This document shows positions 19,076 to 28,379 of a DNA stretch of 64,000 nucleotides, piece after piece. Where the stretch lies: IMG/VR virus record IMGVR_UViG_3300032373_000001. One strand, given 5' to 3'. This DNA comes from a virus. Taxonomy: Duplodnaviria > Caudoviricetes. The position numbers were made by a program, and so were the translations under genes. How positions within the stretch are numbered: the first letter of the stretch is position 1; the number at the start of each line of letters is the position of its first letter. The notes under the pieces are model-generated. The model was not told where the DNA came from. It made no database searches and saw only the letters and a list, made by a program, of their open reading frames with translations.

Positions 19076-20023
19076 CTACAGGGAAAAGTCTACGAAGCCG
19101 CCCTTAGAGCCCTCTGCCTCGGGGATCTCCGAAGGGCTGGGACCTCGGGAATTGCGCCGCTTCTGCCCCAGCCGCGCTTCACACGCCGACTGGAACTTAC
19201 AGTACTTGCAGGTCTTGGGGCTCGGGGTCGGCTCGAACTTTCGCTTTCGCATGCCGTTGCGGGCCTCGTTCGCCCGGACGGCAAGGCCGTGGATGTCTTC
19301 AGGATCAAACTCCACCCAGTGAACTCCCTCTTCCTCAAGGTCTTCCCCCGACTCTGGGTCTTTGGTGAGCATGCCCGCAGGGAAGCGATGCCACACGAAC
19401 CCCAATTTACCGGGGAGCTCTCGGTAGGTTCGCCAATAGGTCATGGCGTGCCAGCGCAGCTTGTCGGGATTGGCCCAACGCAGCTTGTACCGGGTGGAAG
19501 TGCCTTCAAGGATGATGGCGGGGGCCTTGTCAGAGCGAAGGAGGATGTCGGCGTAAGAGCCCACAGTCAGCCACTTGTTGAGCTGACCCAAGAGGTGAAC
19601 CTTGCTGCGGCTTTTCGATGTCAGGAGCCGGTGCCTCTTCATGGTCCGAACGTATCCCGCCGCCCCTTCCCTGACGACATCGAAAAGCTCTTGCGGGGAG
19701 CTTTTCGACGCTCGGACCGCGTGGGCGTTCTCGGGCTTGCGGAGGGCCTGGCGCCACTCACGCAGCGCAACCTTCTCCATGTTGGCGGTCAGCCTCTTGG
19801 GGTCCCGCCACAACTCGTTGTTGTAGAGTTGTGTCGTACAAGCGCGGATGACCTCCCCGATCAGGAGGCTCTCTCGGGGGTAAGGAGGCTCCGGGCGAGG
19901 TTTGGGCTGTCCGTAGCCTCCCCCGCAATCTACACCATCCCATCCATAGCCCCAGAGGAACATCTGCGGGCAGTGCTCGTAGGCTTCGAAGTGTTCGAAG
20001 TAGATTGCCGAATCTCGGTCCAT
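19076..20023 (-). CDS. PD-(D/E)XK nuclease, Cas4/AddB-like with predicted Fe-S cysteines; active site degenerate
   Basis: N-terminal YEHCPQ and C-terminal CKYCKFQSAC. The core reads YADILL...IILEGTS where D...(D/E)xK is expected. Confidence 0.7.
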   Translation of the reverse strand: MDRDSAIYFEHFEAYEHCPQMFLWGYGWDGVDCGGGYGQPKPRPEPPYPRESLLIGEVIRACTTQLYNNELWRDPKRLTANMEKVALREWRQALRKPENAHAVRASKSSPQELFDVVREGAAGYVRTMKRHRLLTSKSRSKVHLLGQLNKWLTVGSYADILLRSDKAPAIILEGTSTRYKLRWANPDKLRWHAMTYWRTYRELPGKLGFVWHRFPAGMLTKDPESGEDLEEEGVHWVEFDPEDIHGLAVRANEARNGMRKRKFEPTPSPKTCKYCKFQSACEARLGQKRRNSRGPSPSEIPEAEGSKGGFVDFSL

Positions 20024-20991
20024 TATTCCCCTGCTTCTTCGTAGTACCGAAGGGCGCGCTCGCGGACATCAACCAGCGTCTCATCGAGCTCCCGAATCTT
20101 GTCCTCGGGAGTACCCTCGGTCTGCTTCAAACCCTCCCGCAAGGAGGCTACGAAGCCGTCCATATTTACCTGACGCTCGACCTGAAGGCGGCGGCGATCC
20201 ACATCAAAGACCTCAGGAGCGGCTCGAACGGCAAGGCGGTGGGTAAGGGTCTCGATACCCTGGGGGGTGAACCGAAGGGCAACACACGCAGGTTGACGCT
20301 GCACCTCGTCTTGACTCAAGGAACCTCGGGTGAGGCTCCCCACGTTAACGAAGTGCTTCCCTTCGATGACCTCGACCCCCTGGTCCTTGTGCCAATGACC
20401 AAAGCAAAAGACGTCCGGAGCAGCATCGAGAAGGTCGTTATAGCGGACGATATCCTCCCCCTCGAACATGTTCCCGCCATGCCTTGAGGCAAGAACATGG
20501 GCGCAGCACACGAGGTAGTCCTCGTCCCTCTTCTCGAGGCTGAAGAAGCGGTCCATGTCGTAACGGTTGCCGTGGAAGGGGATGCCCACCACCCGCACCT
20601 TGACCCCACCCTCTATGAACACCACCTCGTGCTCGTCGTAGAGCCGCTTGAATATACCAGTGGAGTAGAGAACCCCCAGCGGCTGTTGCCCCAGGAACTG
20701 ATAGTTCCCATACACGCAGTCGTGGTTGCCCGGAACACAGTACACAGGGAAGGGGTACGCGGTGTGGTGATCCGCTACCATCCTCAGCGTCTCGTGGGTG
20801 TTCCGGCCTGGGCTCTTGATGTGGAAGAAGTCCCCGCCGTCCAAGATGGCCGAAGCACCCTCTCGGGCGGCAAAATCCCGGACTTGCCCCAGCTTGTCGA
20901 GGACCATAGCCCGCCAGTCATCAGTACGCGAGCTGGGACCGTGGTCCGCCATATGTACGTCTGTTCGCCATACCAGCGTAACCTTGGACAT
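20023..20991 (-). CDS. sbcD: Mre11/SbcD-like metallophosphoesterase nuclease
   Basis: TDVH, GGDFF, VPGNHD, AHV, GHWH and NVGSL motifs. Confidence 0.85.
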   Translation of the reverse strand: MSKVTLVWRTDVHMADHGPSSRTDDWRAMVLDKLGQVRDFAAREGASAILDGGDFFHIKSPGRNTHETLRMVADHHTAYPFPVYCVPGNHDCVYGNYQFLGQQPLGVLYSTGIFKRLYDEHEVVFIEGGVKVRVVGIPFHGNRYDMDRFFSLEKRDEDYLVCCAHVLASRHGGNMFEGEDIVRYNDLLDAAPDVFCFGHWHKDQGVEVIEGKHFVNVGSLTRGSLSQDEVQRQPACVALRFTPQGIETLTHRLAVRAAPEVFDVDRRRLQVERQVNMDGFVASLREGLKQTEGTPEDKIRELDETLVDVRERALRYYEEAGE

Positions 20992-22239
20992 TTAGGGGCT
21001 CCCGAACAGGTCTAAGGCATCAAGGTCCGTAGACCTCTCAGAAGGGCCTGCCTTATTACCGTGAAGACGGGCCATCGCCAGGGGGAGATAGTCAGGGTTG
21101 AGGTCAACCCCGACATAATCGCAACCCTCAGAAAGCGCCACCATCCCCGTCGTCGCAGACCCGCTAAACGGATCCAATACCACCGGGCGGGACACCGGGG
21201 CATCGCACTTACAGGGAGGAGCCCAACCTCCGGGACAGCGCTTCTGGCCCAAGGCATTTCCCCCCGAACCGGACCCCTCCCGGACCCGCGCTCCCCCGTC
21301 CCCCCGACCCGGATCGCCCCCCACCTTCGCAGCGGTGGGGCGGAGTGCGCGGGACTGCAAAGCCCTCCCCCAAGGCTTCCCGCAAGAAGAACAGACACCC
21401 TTGGAGGAAGCACCGAGCAGGATCAAGGGGCGGACCAGCTCTGCGGGCCAGGTGGCGAAATGCGCCCCCCTGTAAGGCTTCGGGTTCACTTGAAACCCGA
21501 GCGGGTGCCCGTCGTCCGATAGAAGGACGGGCGAGTCCGCGTTCAAGACCTCCAGGGAATACTCCCAAGAGTCAGAGTTCCTCCAATTCCGCTTCCTGCC
21601 GTAACGCTGGCGGACCTCGAAGGGGTCATAGAAGTAACGCCCCCCCGAGTCAGGGTGAGCCAGGAGGAAGACGTACTCGGTGGCCGTCGTGGGTCGGTCC
21701 AAGACCGACTCAGGCATTGGATTCCGCTTCACCCACGGAGCGGCAGACCTCAGATACCAACCGTCCTGCTGTAAGGCGAAAGCCACCCTCCAAGGGGCAC
21801 CGACCAGGTCCTTCGGCTTCAACCCTTCAGGGGTCGGGGGTCGGGCCGAGTTCCGCTGACCGTTAGACCCCCTGTTGGACTGCTGCTTGAACCCCACGCG
21901 AGTACCGTGCCCCTGCCGGCCCCCCGAAGCGTAGGAATCTCCCAAGTTCAGCCAGAGAACCCCGTCCGAGCGGAGAACGCGACGAACCTCTCGGAACACC
22001 CCCACTAAAGCCTGAACGTAACCCTCCAAAGAGTCTTCCAGACCAATCTGGTCTTCGGTCGCACCGTAATCCCGCAACCCCCAATAGGGAGGGCTCGTGC
22101 TTACGAGATGCACGCTGTTCTCGGGCAATCCGCGGAGGGTGGCACGAGCGTCTTCCCCGTAGTAGAGTTCCGCCTTCCCGCCTTGGGGGGAATAGAATAC
22201 GTCAGGACTCCTCAATGGACCGCCCCGCAGGTAGGACAC
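20992..22239 (-). CDS. DNA N4-cytosine/N6-adenine methyltransferase (beta class)
   Basis: Catalytic TSPPYWGLRDY precedes the SAM-binding VLDPFSGSATTG. CSSC...CKC insert. C-terminus DALDLFGSP. Confidence 0.85.
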   Translation of the reverse strand: MSYLRGGPLRSPDVFYSPQGGKAELYYGEDARATLRGLPENSVHLVSTSPPYWGLRDYGATEDQIGLEDSLEGYVQALVGVFREVRRVLRSDGVLWLNLGDSYASGGRQGHGTRVGFKQQSNRGSNGQRNSARPPTPEGLKPKDLVGAPWRVAFALQQDGWYLRSAAPWVKRNPMPESVLDRPTTATEYVFLLAHPDSGGRYFYDPFEVRQRYGRKRNWRNSDSWEYSLEVLNADSPVLLSDDGHPLGFQVNPKPYRGAHFATWPAELVRPLILLGASSKGVCSSCGKPWGRALQSRALRPTAAKVGGDPGRGDGGARVREGSGSGGNALGQKRCPGGWAPPCKCDAPVSRPVVLDPFSGSATTGMVALSEGCDYVGVDLNPDYLPLAMARLHGNKAGPSERSTDLDALDLFGSP

Positions 22240-23531
22240 TCACCGCGCTCCCCCAGCAGGGTGATGACTTCGGCCTTGACTTGAGCCAGCAGAAGGTCCA
22301 GGTGCTCCCTCTTGCTACCCAACTCCCGCTGACGTTCCAAGAGGGAGGAGCGGCGGTCGAGGGAAGCAGAGAGCTTCAAGATCCCCTTCTGGATGCGCTG
22401 CCCGCGGTCCCCCGAAGGCAGGGACACCGACTTGACCGAGGGCAACGCGCCCTGCTTCCGCAACGCCTCTTGCCTCCGACCGCTCAAGAGGCTCATCTGG
22501 CTCAGGAGCCGTACCAACGCGGGCAGCTTCGAAGGCTCCGCTACAGGAGGAGGGCAACCGGCCAAAAGCTGTTGCTTTTGGGCAGAGGTCTCATAGCGGG
22601 AACCTACTGCTCGGAGAGTCTTCCGCGAACGGGCCAACTTGACGACAGTCCCTGACTCAGGGACTGTCGTCCGGAAGCCCCGGAACCGAGCAGAGTCCTC
22701 CGATGCTCGAACCCAGCGGCGCTGGATCTGGTCGAGGCGGTGGATATCAGTCACGCGGGCCGGGGAGAGATGAGCATGCGACGGAACACGCCCCTCAAAC
22801 GCGCCCCAGTACTGGGCTTGGACTCGGGCCTCCCCCAAGCGCGCTTGGAGCGCGCGGAGCTTCTGCAGCTCCTGCTGCCTGGAGGCAAGGAAACTCCGGC
22901 AGCCCCTTAAAGAGTCGGACGCTTTTTGGAGATCCCCCAGACCCTCGAAGTACTCCAGGTCTTTGCTGAGAGTCCGCAGGTCTTTGCTGCGGACTCTCAG
23001 TTCTCCGTCCGTGGAGCGACGGTCCCTCTCGGTTAGGCGAAGGGCCTTGTTCAGCCTCCCCACCCGCTCTACGTCGCTAAGAGCCTCCGCTACGATCGCC
23101 CCCGACTTGTTCACCAGAAAGTAGTCACCCTCCTTCTGGCGGGCGATCTGGGGCCAGAGCTGTTGATTCCCTGCGGGGATGGAATCCACCCCCAAGGCAA
23201 GGACCTCTTTGGGTGCTCCGTGGCCTACAGACTCCAGCTTCACCCCGTTGAGCCAGTACTGATTGAGGGTTCCGCCCTTCTTGTGGGGCTTGGCCCAACC
23301 CTTCTCCCACTTGATGTGGGTGCCGTCGTCCAACCAGAGGTCGACGGTCAGGTGGGCGGTCCCATTACGGACCAGCGGGCCGGCAGTAGGGTTGGTGAAC
23401 ACCCCCCGCACGGCCCGCATCAGCGCACTCTTCCCGATGTTATTTGGGCCAGTGATGACCGTCAAACCTGAGAGGGTGACTTCCGCATCTTTGATAGATT
23501 GGAAGTTACGCACCCGAACTCGAACCGGCAT
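22212..23531 (-). CDS. Rad50/SbcC N-terminal half (Walker A, coiled coil, zinc hook)
   Basis: VRNFQSI, Walker A GPNNIGKS, Q-loop-like QIARQ. Ends ECPTCGAVH. Confidence 0.8.
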   Translation of the reverse strand: MPVRVRVRNFQSIKDAEVTLSGLTVITGPNNIGKSALMRAVRGVFTNPTAGPLVRNGTAHLTVDLWLDDGTHIKWEKGWAKPHKKGGTLNQYWLNGVKLESVGHGAPKEVLALGVDSIPAGNQQLWPQIARQKEGDYFLVNKSGAIVAEALSDVERVGRLNKALRLTERDRRSTDGELRVRSKDLRTLSKDLEYFEGLGDLQKASDSLRGCRSFLASRQQELQKLRALQARLGEARVQAQYWGAFEGRVPSHAHLSPARVTDIHRLDQIQRRWVRASEDSARFRGFRTTVPESGTVVKLARSRKTLRAVGSRYETSAQKQQLLAGCPPPVAEPSKLPALVRLLSQMSLLSGRRQEALRKQGALPSVKSVSLPSGDRGQRIQKGILKLSASLDRRSSLLERQRELGSKREHLDLLLAQVKAEVITLLGERGECPTCGAVH

Positions 23532-23570
23532 CAACGGCTCCTACGACGAAGATTACAGCCCTACATTACC

Positions 23571-24785
23571 CTACTTGTCGCCATCTTCGTCGAACATGCC
23601 GTCCAAGCCCTTCAGCTCCGCGCTGATCTCGTCATCCTCCTCCAGCGCCTCGTCCGAGAACTGCGCGGCGGCTCCCTGACCCAGGAGCGGTCGGACCGTA
23701 TCCCGGAGAGCATCCACCAACTCCGGGTTCTCCTTGAGGTGCTTGAGGAACTTCTCAGTCCCCTGAAGCATGAGGGACTTGCCCGGAGCACCTTCCCATT
23801 TGACCCAGGAGCCGGACTGCTTGATGATGCCATGAGCCTTGGCGATCTCCAGGAAGGAGCGGACATTGTCGATGCCCTCCCCCCAGCGGATGTAGAAGAT
23901 CTCCTCACGACCCTGGCTGCGGCTCATCTTGCACTTGATGGCGGTGACCTTGATGACACCACCGACCGTGCGCTCCTCGGTCTTGTGGGTCAGCTCGTTG
24001 AACTCCTTCGCCTTCTCGTTCTGGACACGACGGAGCTCCAGGCGAACCGAACTGTAGAACTTCCAGGCGTTGCCACCCTGCGGCTTGCTCTGCTTGCCCA
24101 TCCGGGCCATGGTGGCGCGGACCTGACTGATGCCGATGACCGCAGTGCCCGTCCGGGCAATGACACCCTTGAGCTTCGGCAGCTCCTGGGACCACACCGC
24201 CTGAAGCTCGCCGACCTTGCCCTGCTCAGCCGAGTCCAAGGCATCGCGCTCGGCCAGACGACGAGGCACCGCCGCACCGACCGAGTCGAAGACGATGACA
24301 TCGACGCCTGCGGTGGCATAAGCGATGGCGAACTTCACTCCGTCCTCGAGGGTCTCCGGCTGAAGCAGCTCGAAGCGGTCGGGGTCGGTGATCGGGATAC
24401 CCAAGCTGGCTGCGTAGTCTGGGACGATGTCGTTCTCCCAGTCGATGTAGACAGCGGTGCCCCCTGCGGCACAAACCGCAGCACAGCACTCCAGGGCCAG
24501 CGTGGTCTTACCAGCCGACTCGTGGCCCCAGATCTGGACGACGCGACCTCGCGGAAAGCCAGGGCAAGGGGGGACGCCGAAGGAGTTGGGCTCACCGCCG
24601 ATGAGGTAGTCGATCACCTCACACCCAGAAGTGAGGTGGGGGAGGCTCTGACGAAGGGCCTCCGGATCCAGCGCCACGCGGATGTCGGTGAACTTCTTCT
24701 TCAGCTTCTTTTCGAGGTAGCCGCGCGCTGCGGCCAGGGGGCTCTGCGCCCCGCTCAGGTCTTTTGAGGACTTAACGGTAGCCAT
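23571..24785 (-). CDS. recA: RecA recombinase
   Basis: GFPRGRVVQIWGHESAGKTT, VIVFDSVGA, IGISQVR, GGNAWKFYSSVRLEL, IIKQSGSW. Confidence 0.95.
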   Translation of the reverse strand: MATVKSSKDLSGAQSPLAAARGYLEKKLKKKFTDIRVALDPEALRQSLPHLTSGCEVIDYLIGGEPNSFGVPPCPGFPRGRVVQIWGHESAGKTTLALECCAAVCAAGGTAVYIDWENDIVPDYAASLGIPITDPDRFELLQPETLEDGVKFAIAYATAGVDVIVFDSVGAAVPRRLAERDALDSAEQGKVGELQAVWSQELPKLKGVIARTGTAVIGISQVRATMARMGKQSKPQGGNAWKFYSSVRLELRRVQNEKAKEFNELTHKTEERTVGGVIKVTAIKCKMSRSQGREEIFYIRWGEGIDNVRSFLEIAKAHGIIKQSGSWVKWEGAPGKSLMLQGTEKFLKHLKENPELVDALRDTVRPLLGQGAAAQFSDEALEEDDEISAELKGLDGMFDEDGDK

Positions 24786-25435
24786 CAGGACTCCAGGTTG
24801 GACCAAAGGAAGAAACGGTCGTCTTCCCGGTAGATTGTGCCGCGCTTGACCGTCTTGCCAGCCTTCTTGCCGCGCGTAAACACCTTCACCTCAGTGAAGA
24901 ACTTCCGCTCGACGGGGGAGAGGTCGGCTTGGGAGAGGGTGCCATCGTATAGCTCCCAGAACCGAGCGCTCAGTCTGGCGCAATGGTATGCGTCGGCTTC
25001 GTTGTGGTTCCAGCGGCCAGGTCCTGCATCGACCTTGACTGCCTCGACCATGTCTTTCTTGTCCATCTTCCACCCCTTGGGGCGGTTGACGAGCTCTCTT
25101 GCGTGCGCCTTCAACTGGAGCGGGGTCCAGAAGACGACATCACATCGGGTCTGGCGGAGGGCCTCGCACGTGAACAGGAACAGGCCGTACATTCCTTCCG
25201 ACCACAAGTTCCCGAAGACTGGGAACTCAACACCCACGGCGTCGGGCCGAAGTTCTTCGACCAGCTCCACCAAGCGCTGGCGTTGCAGCATGTAGCGGGT
25301 GATGAATTCTTGCTTGGACGAGGTCTGGAACCGACCTCGTTGCTCGCACCGCCGAGGATCTCCTCCCGGCATGGAGGTGTCGTGCAGCGCCCAACCGTAG
25401 TTGGTCAGGGAAGGGTCTACGCCCAAGACTCTCAT
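24785..25435 (-). CDS. ruvC: RuvC-like Holliday junction resolvase
   Basis: MRVLGVDPSLTNYGWAL, VGVEFP, NEADAY acidic residues. Adjacent to recA. Confidence 0.75.
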   Translation of the reverse strand: MRVLGVDPSLTNYGWALHDTSMPGGDPRRCEQRGRFQTSSKQEFITRYMLQRQRLVELVEELRPDAVGVEFPVFGNLWSEGMYGLFLFTCEALRQTRCDVVFWTPLQLKAHARELVNRPKGWKMDKKDMVEAVKVDAGPGRWNHNEADAYHCARLSARFWELYDGTLSQADLSPVERKFFTEVKVFTRGKKAGKTVKRGTIYREDDRFFLWSNLES

Positions 25436-25451
25436 TCAAGCACTCCAACGG

Positions 25452-25484
25452 AAAAGGGGCCAGGAGAACGCACCCCCTGGCCCC
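25452..25484 (-). terminator. Intrinsic terminator after the SSB-like gene
   Basis: The minus strand reads GGGGCCAGG-loop-CCTGGCCCC-TTTT. Confidence 0.65.
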
Positions 25485-25509
25485 GGCATCCCTCGCGGGT
25501 GAGGGATGC

Positions 25510-26298
25510 TCAGATCACGCCGTCCAGCATTCCATCGACGTCCGCAGCGATGTTCGCCGAGTTGTTGAGGGCGGTGGCGGGGTCCTTCCCATCACGCTTG
25601 GCGATGACCTCGGCCACAGTCATCTTCGTAGCCAGCTCGGCAGGAAGGCCGTCGACGATGGCCTTCACCTGGGAGAGGATCTTCCGAACGGTGGCCTTGG
25701 CCTGCGGCTTCTCGCTCGCCATGAGCGAGGCGAGAAGGTTGGCGGGGAGCTCGTCGCTCTCCTGCTCTGCGAGGAAGGTCAGCTTCTGGTACTCAGCACC
25801 GTTCTCCGGGCAGGAGAACAGCACGTCGTGCCGGCTGAGCGGGTTGCGCTTGTGGATCTTGGCGACCTGCTTGTACTTCTCGCTGTCGCCGTGGATCCAC
25901 GGGAGGACCTTCCAGCCCTTGCCCTTGGAGAACTTGTTCATGTCCAGGTCGCCCTCGTCGTTGGTCGGCCAGACGACAACGACGGTTGCAATGGCAGTCT
26001 TGGGCTTGCCGAACGTGTTGAACGCCGGACCATCGTGGAGAACGTAACCGGCCCCCTTGACGTAGTGGCGCTGGCAGCCGGTGAACCGGGGGACCGCCTT
26101 GGGGTTGAAGGTGCCGTCGGGCTGAATCAGGCCCTCTGTGGTCCAGGTAGGGTTGCCGTCATCGTCGGGCTCTCCGGGGATGCTGAACCAGGCGAAGGAG
26201 ATGCGGTCCGAGCAACCGTCCTTCGCACCGTACTTCTTCTCCTTGGTTCCGACGCCCTCGTCCTCAACGCCGATTCCGAAATCCATGAAGCCGTCCAT
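25510..26298 (-). CDS. Probable single-stranded DNA-binding protein
   Basis: About 262 aa, beta-rich with aromatic residues, acidic/hydrophobic tail (ADVDGMLDGVI), strong SD, own terminator, next to recA/ruvC. The function is inferred from context. Confidence 0.5.
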   Translation of the reverse strand: MDGFMDFGIGVEDEGVGTKEKKYGAKDGCSDRISFAWFSIPGEPDDDGNPTWTTEGLIQPDGTFNPKAVPRFTGCQRHYVKGAGYVLHDGPAFNTFGKPKTAIATVVVVWPTNDEGDLDMNKFSKGKGWKVLPWIHGDSEKYKQVAKIHKRNPLSRHDVLFSCPENGAEYQKLTFLAEQESDELPANLLASLMASEKPQAKATVRKILSQVKAIVDGLPAELATKMTVAEVIAKRDGKDPATALNNSANIAADVDGMLDGVI

Positions 26299-26380
26299 GG
26301 CTTCCTCCTTGTGTTGTTGTGCGCCCGTGGGTGGTAGTGTTGGCGCAGAACCTATTACCCTAACCTTAGACTTGCCAAGC

Positions 26381-27352
26381 CTACGAGAACAGCCCATCAA
26401 GTGCGTTTGCGATGTTCTGTTCCTCGGCAGTCATCCCCGGCTCCTGAGTCAGGACACCGGTGAGAAGGTCATCCAAGAAATCAGCTTCTGCAGTGGAACC
26501 CTCGACAGCCTTCTTAGGCTGGGGTTCTGGCTCAGGCTCGGTTGCGACCGGGACCGGAGGCACTGACGGGACCGGAGGCACGTCTGAGACTGTAGTAGCC
26601 CCCAGATGACCGTTCTCACAGAGGGACCCGTCCGGGGTCTGGTGCTGAGGCTCACCGCAGACGCTACACAACCCCAAGTATGGGTAGGAATGCAGCGGAG
26701 GGGCTTCCTCCTGCACCTGCTCCGCCAGCATCTCTTGCTCGACCTCTTGGACGGTCTTCCCGGTCTCTCGGGTCCGCTTGAACAGCTCCGTCAGGGACGC
26801 CGGGCTCAGGCCCGCAGCGGTTGGGTCCTCGACCTTTCGGGGGGCTGGCTTGGAGCCCCATCGCTGGCCCAGGCCAATCTGCTCTTGGCAGAGCTTGAGC
26901 TGGTCCCGCAGGCGTCCCTGAGCGTCCTTGAGGTCGGCCTTCTTGGACTTGACCGCGCTCATGATCATCACCAGATCATCTCTGGTTGAGGCCAGTCTCG
27001 ACGCCAACTCAACTTGGGGGCGGAGCTGGTAGGTGGCAAGCGCTTCCTGCGTAGACTGGTTGCGGGCGGAACGGATCTCCACGTTGTTGGCATAGAGATC
27101 CATCTTCTCCAGGTCCAGGGTCAGCTCTGCCGTGCGGTGAGCTGCTTTGTACTGCTGGATGAGCGAAGAGATCTTGAGGTAGACTGCCTCGGTCTGACTC
27201 AAGAACCCGCGCGTGGCGGAGATCTTCTTGTTCAGCCTGCCGGGACCGTATCGAAGAGGGTCCGGATCAAGGAGCACCTCCATCGAGGTGAGCGCGGCAT
27301 ACAGCCTGTTGACCGCATCTTGAGAAACCTGGGGGAGGTCTTCAGCCTTCAT
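26381..27352 (-). CDS. Coiled-coil protein with a Zn finger (possible UvsY-like mediator)
   Basis: Long N-terminal helices, CSVC...CENGH, Pro/acidic tail ending ALDGLFS. Confidence 0.65.
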   Translation of the reverse strand: MKAEDLPQVSQDAVNRLYAALTSMEVLLDPDPLRYGPGRLNKKISATRGFLSQTEAVYLKISSLIQQYKAAHRTAELTLDLEKMDLYANNVEIRSARNQSTQEALATYQLRPQVELASRLASTRDDLVMIMSAVKSKKADLKDAQGRLRDQLKLCQEQIGLGQRWGSKPAPRKVEDPTAAGLSPASLTELFKRTRETGKTVQEVEQEMLAEQVQEEAPPLHSYPYLGLCSVCGEPQHQTPDGSLCENGHLGATTVSDVPPVPSVPPVPVATEPEPEPQPKKAVEGSTAEADFLDDLLTGVLTQEPGMTAEEQNIANALDGLFS

Positions 27353-27358
27353 GTTTCC

Positions 27359-28018
27359 TCACAGGGCTGGGTACAGCACCCGGAAGACATCTCGAACTTG
27401 TATGACATCTTCATAAAGGTGCTCGTATACACCTTCAGCATTACCTTCCAGATAGGCTTGGTAGACGCCCGAGCCCATGACGCCATCCTGCACGGGCAGT
27501 CCCAGGAGGCGGCAGATGGTGTCGAGCTTCTTGAGGCCAAACCCCTTGGGGTAGCCTCGGCTGGAGTCCGGCCACAGTTCCTGGGTGTCGAGGACACGCT
27601 TGTCCCAGGGCTTCTGGAGCGGGGAGCCCAGGAACTTTGCCAAGGCTGGCATCCCAGCCTTGAGCGCGCGGACCTGAAGGAAGGGGAGGTCAAAGCGCCT
27701 GATGTTGTGGCCGACGAACCAGGGGTTCCGGTAGTTCTGGACGTGCCTCCAGAACTCTTCCAGCACCAGCTTTTCCGAAGAGGGGGAACCATCGCCCCAA
27801 CAGAGGACAGGATCCCCAGGCCCGACTGCGAAGCCGATCATCCAGGTGCGACCCAGTGCAGGCCAGAGACTGGTGCTGCGGCGCACCTTGCCCTGGTCCT
27901 CGACCGTCAGGTCGCTCTTCGAAGCAAGGTGCTGCCAGAGGGTATCTTCCTCCTCGGCAGGCAGCGTCTCGATGTCGAGATAGAGGACGGTATCGTTGCG
28001 GGAAGGCTTGGTGCTCAT
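27359..28018 (-). CDS. DEDD (DnaQ/PolB-like) 3'-5' exonuclease
   Basis: LYLDIETL, VGHNIRRFDLPFL, EHLYEDV. Confidence 0.8.
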   Translation of the reverse strand: MSTKPSRNDTVLYLDIETLPAEEEDTLWQHLASKSDLTVEDQGKVRRSTSLWPALGRTWMIGFAVGPGDPVLCWGDGSPSSEKLVLEEFWRHVQNYRNPWFVGHNIRRFDLPFLQVRALKAGMPALAKFLGSPLQKPWDKRVLDTQELWPDSSRGYPKGFGLKKLDTICRLLGLPVQDGVMGSGVYQAYLEGNAEGVYEHLYEDVIQVRDVFRVLYPAL

Positions 28019-28063
28019 GAGGGCCTCTAAGTCAGCTTAGAGGATACCCCCAAAGACTCAAAG

Positions 28064-28363
28064 TCACTCGAACACGGGAAATCTCGTCTCCGGGGAACCG
28101 CCCCCGGAGACGAGATTTCCCACCGCATCCTTGCGGGAACGAAAGCGAAAACCCCTCTTCTGGCTGTTGTACCACTTCCGGTCCATGCCCTGCCAGACCT
28201 TCCCGAGATTCTTGGGTCCTTGGTAGACCCAAATGATCCCGATAAGTCGGTCCGGGTCTCTCACCAGACGAACCGACTTATCGGATGCAGATTTGTCGGC
28301 CATGTTCTTCAGCTTCTCCAGCCCCCGCAGAAGCTTCTTCTCGGTGACGGAGGCCCTCTTCAC
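28064..28363 (-). CDS. Hypothetical basic protein
   Basis: 99 aa, GTG start with GAGG upstream. Contains KRAS and KSAS. Confidence 0.6.
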   Translation of the reverse strand: MKRASVTEKKLLRGLEKLKNMADKSASDKSVRLVRDPDRLIGIIWVYQGPKNLGKVWQGMDRKWYNSQKRGFRFRSRKDAVGNLVSGGGSPETRFPVFE

Positions 28364-28379
28364 CTCAAGGATAGGCCCT

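Noticed and set aside
19076-20023. Cas4-like gene as part of a CRISPR system
   Set aside because: There is no cas1/cas2 or array. It sits in a recombination operon like ordinary phage PD-(D/E)XK nucleases.
20992-22239. Methyltransferase as the 5mC source for the TET enzyme
   Set aside because: The SPPY motif and motif order indicate an amino (N4C/N6A) MTase. There is no C5 PCQ motif. A C5-MTase outside the window cannot be excluded.
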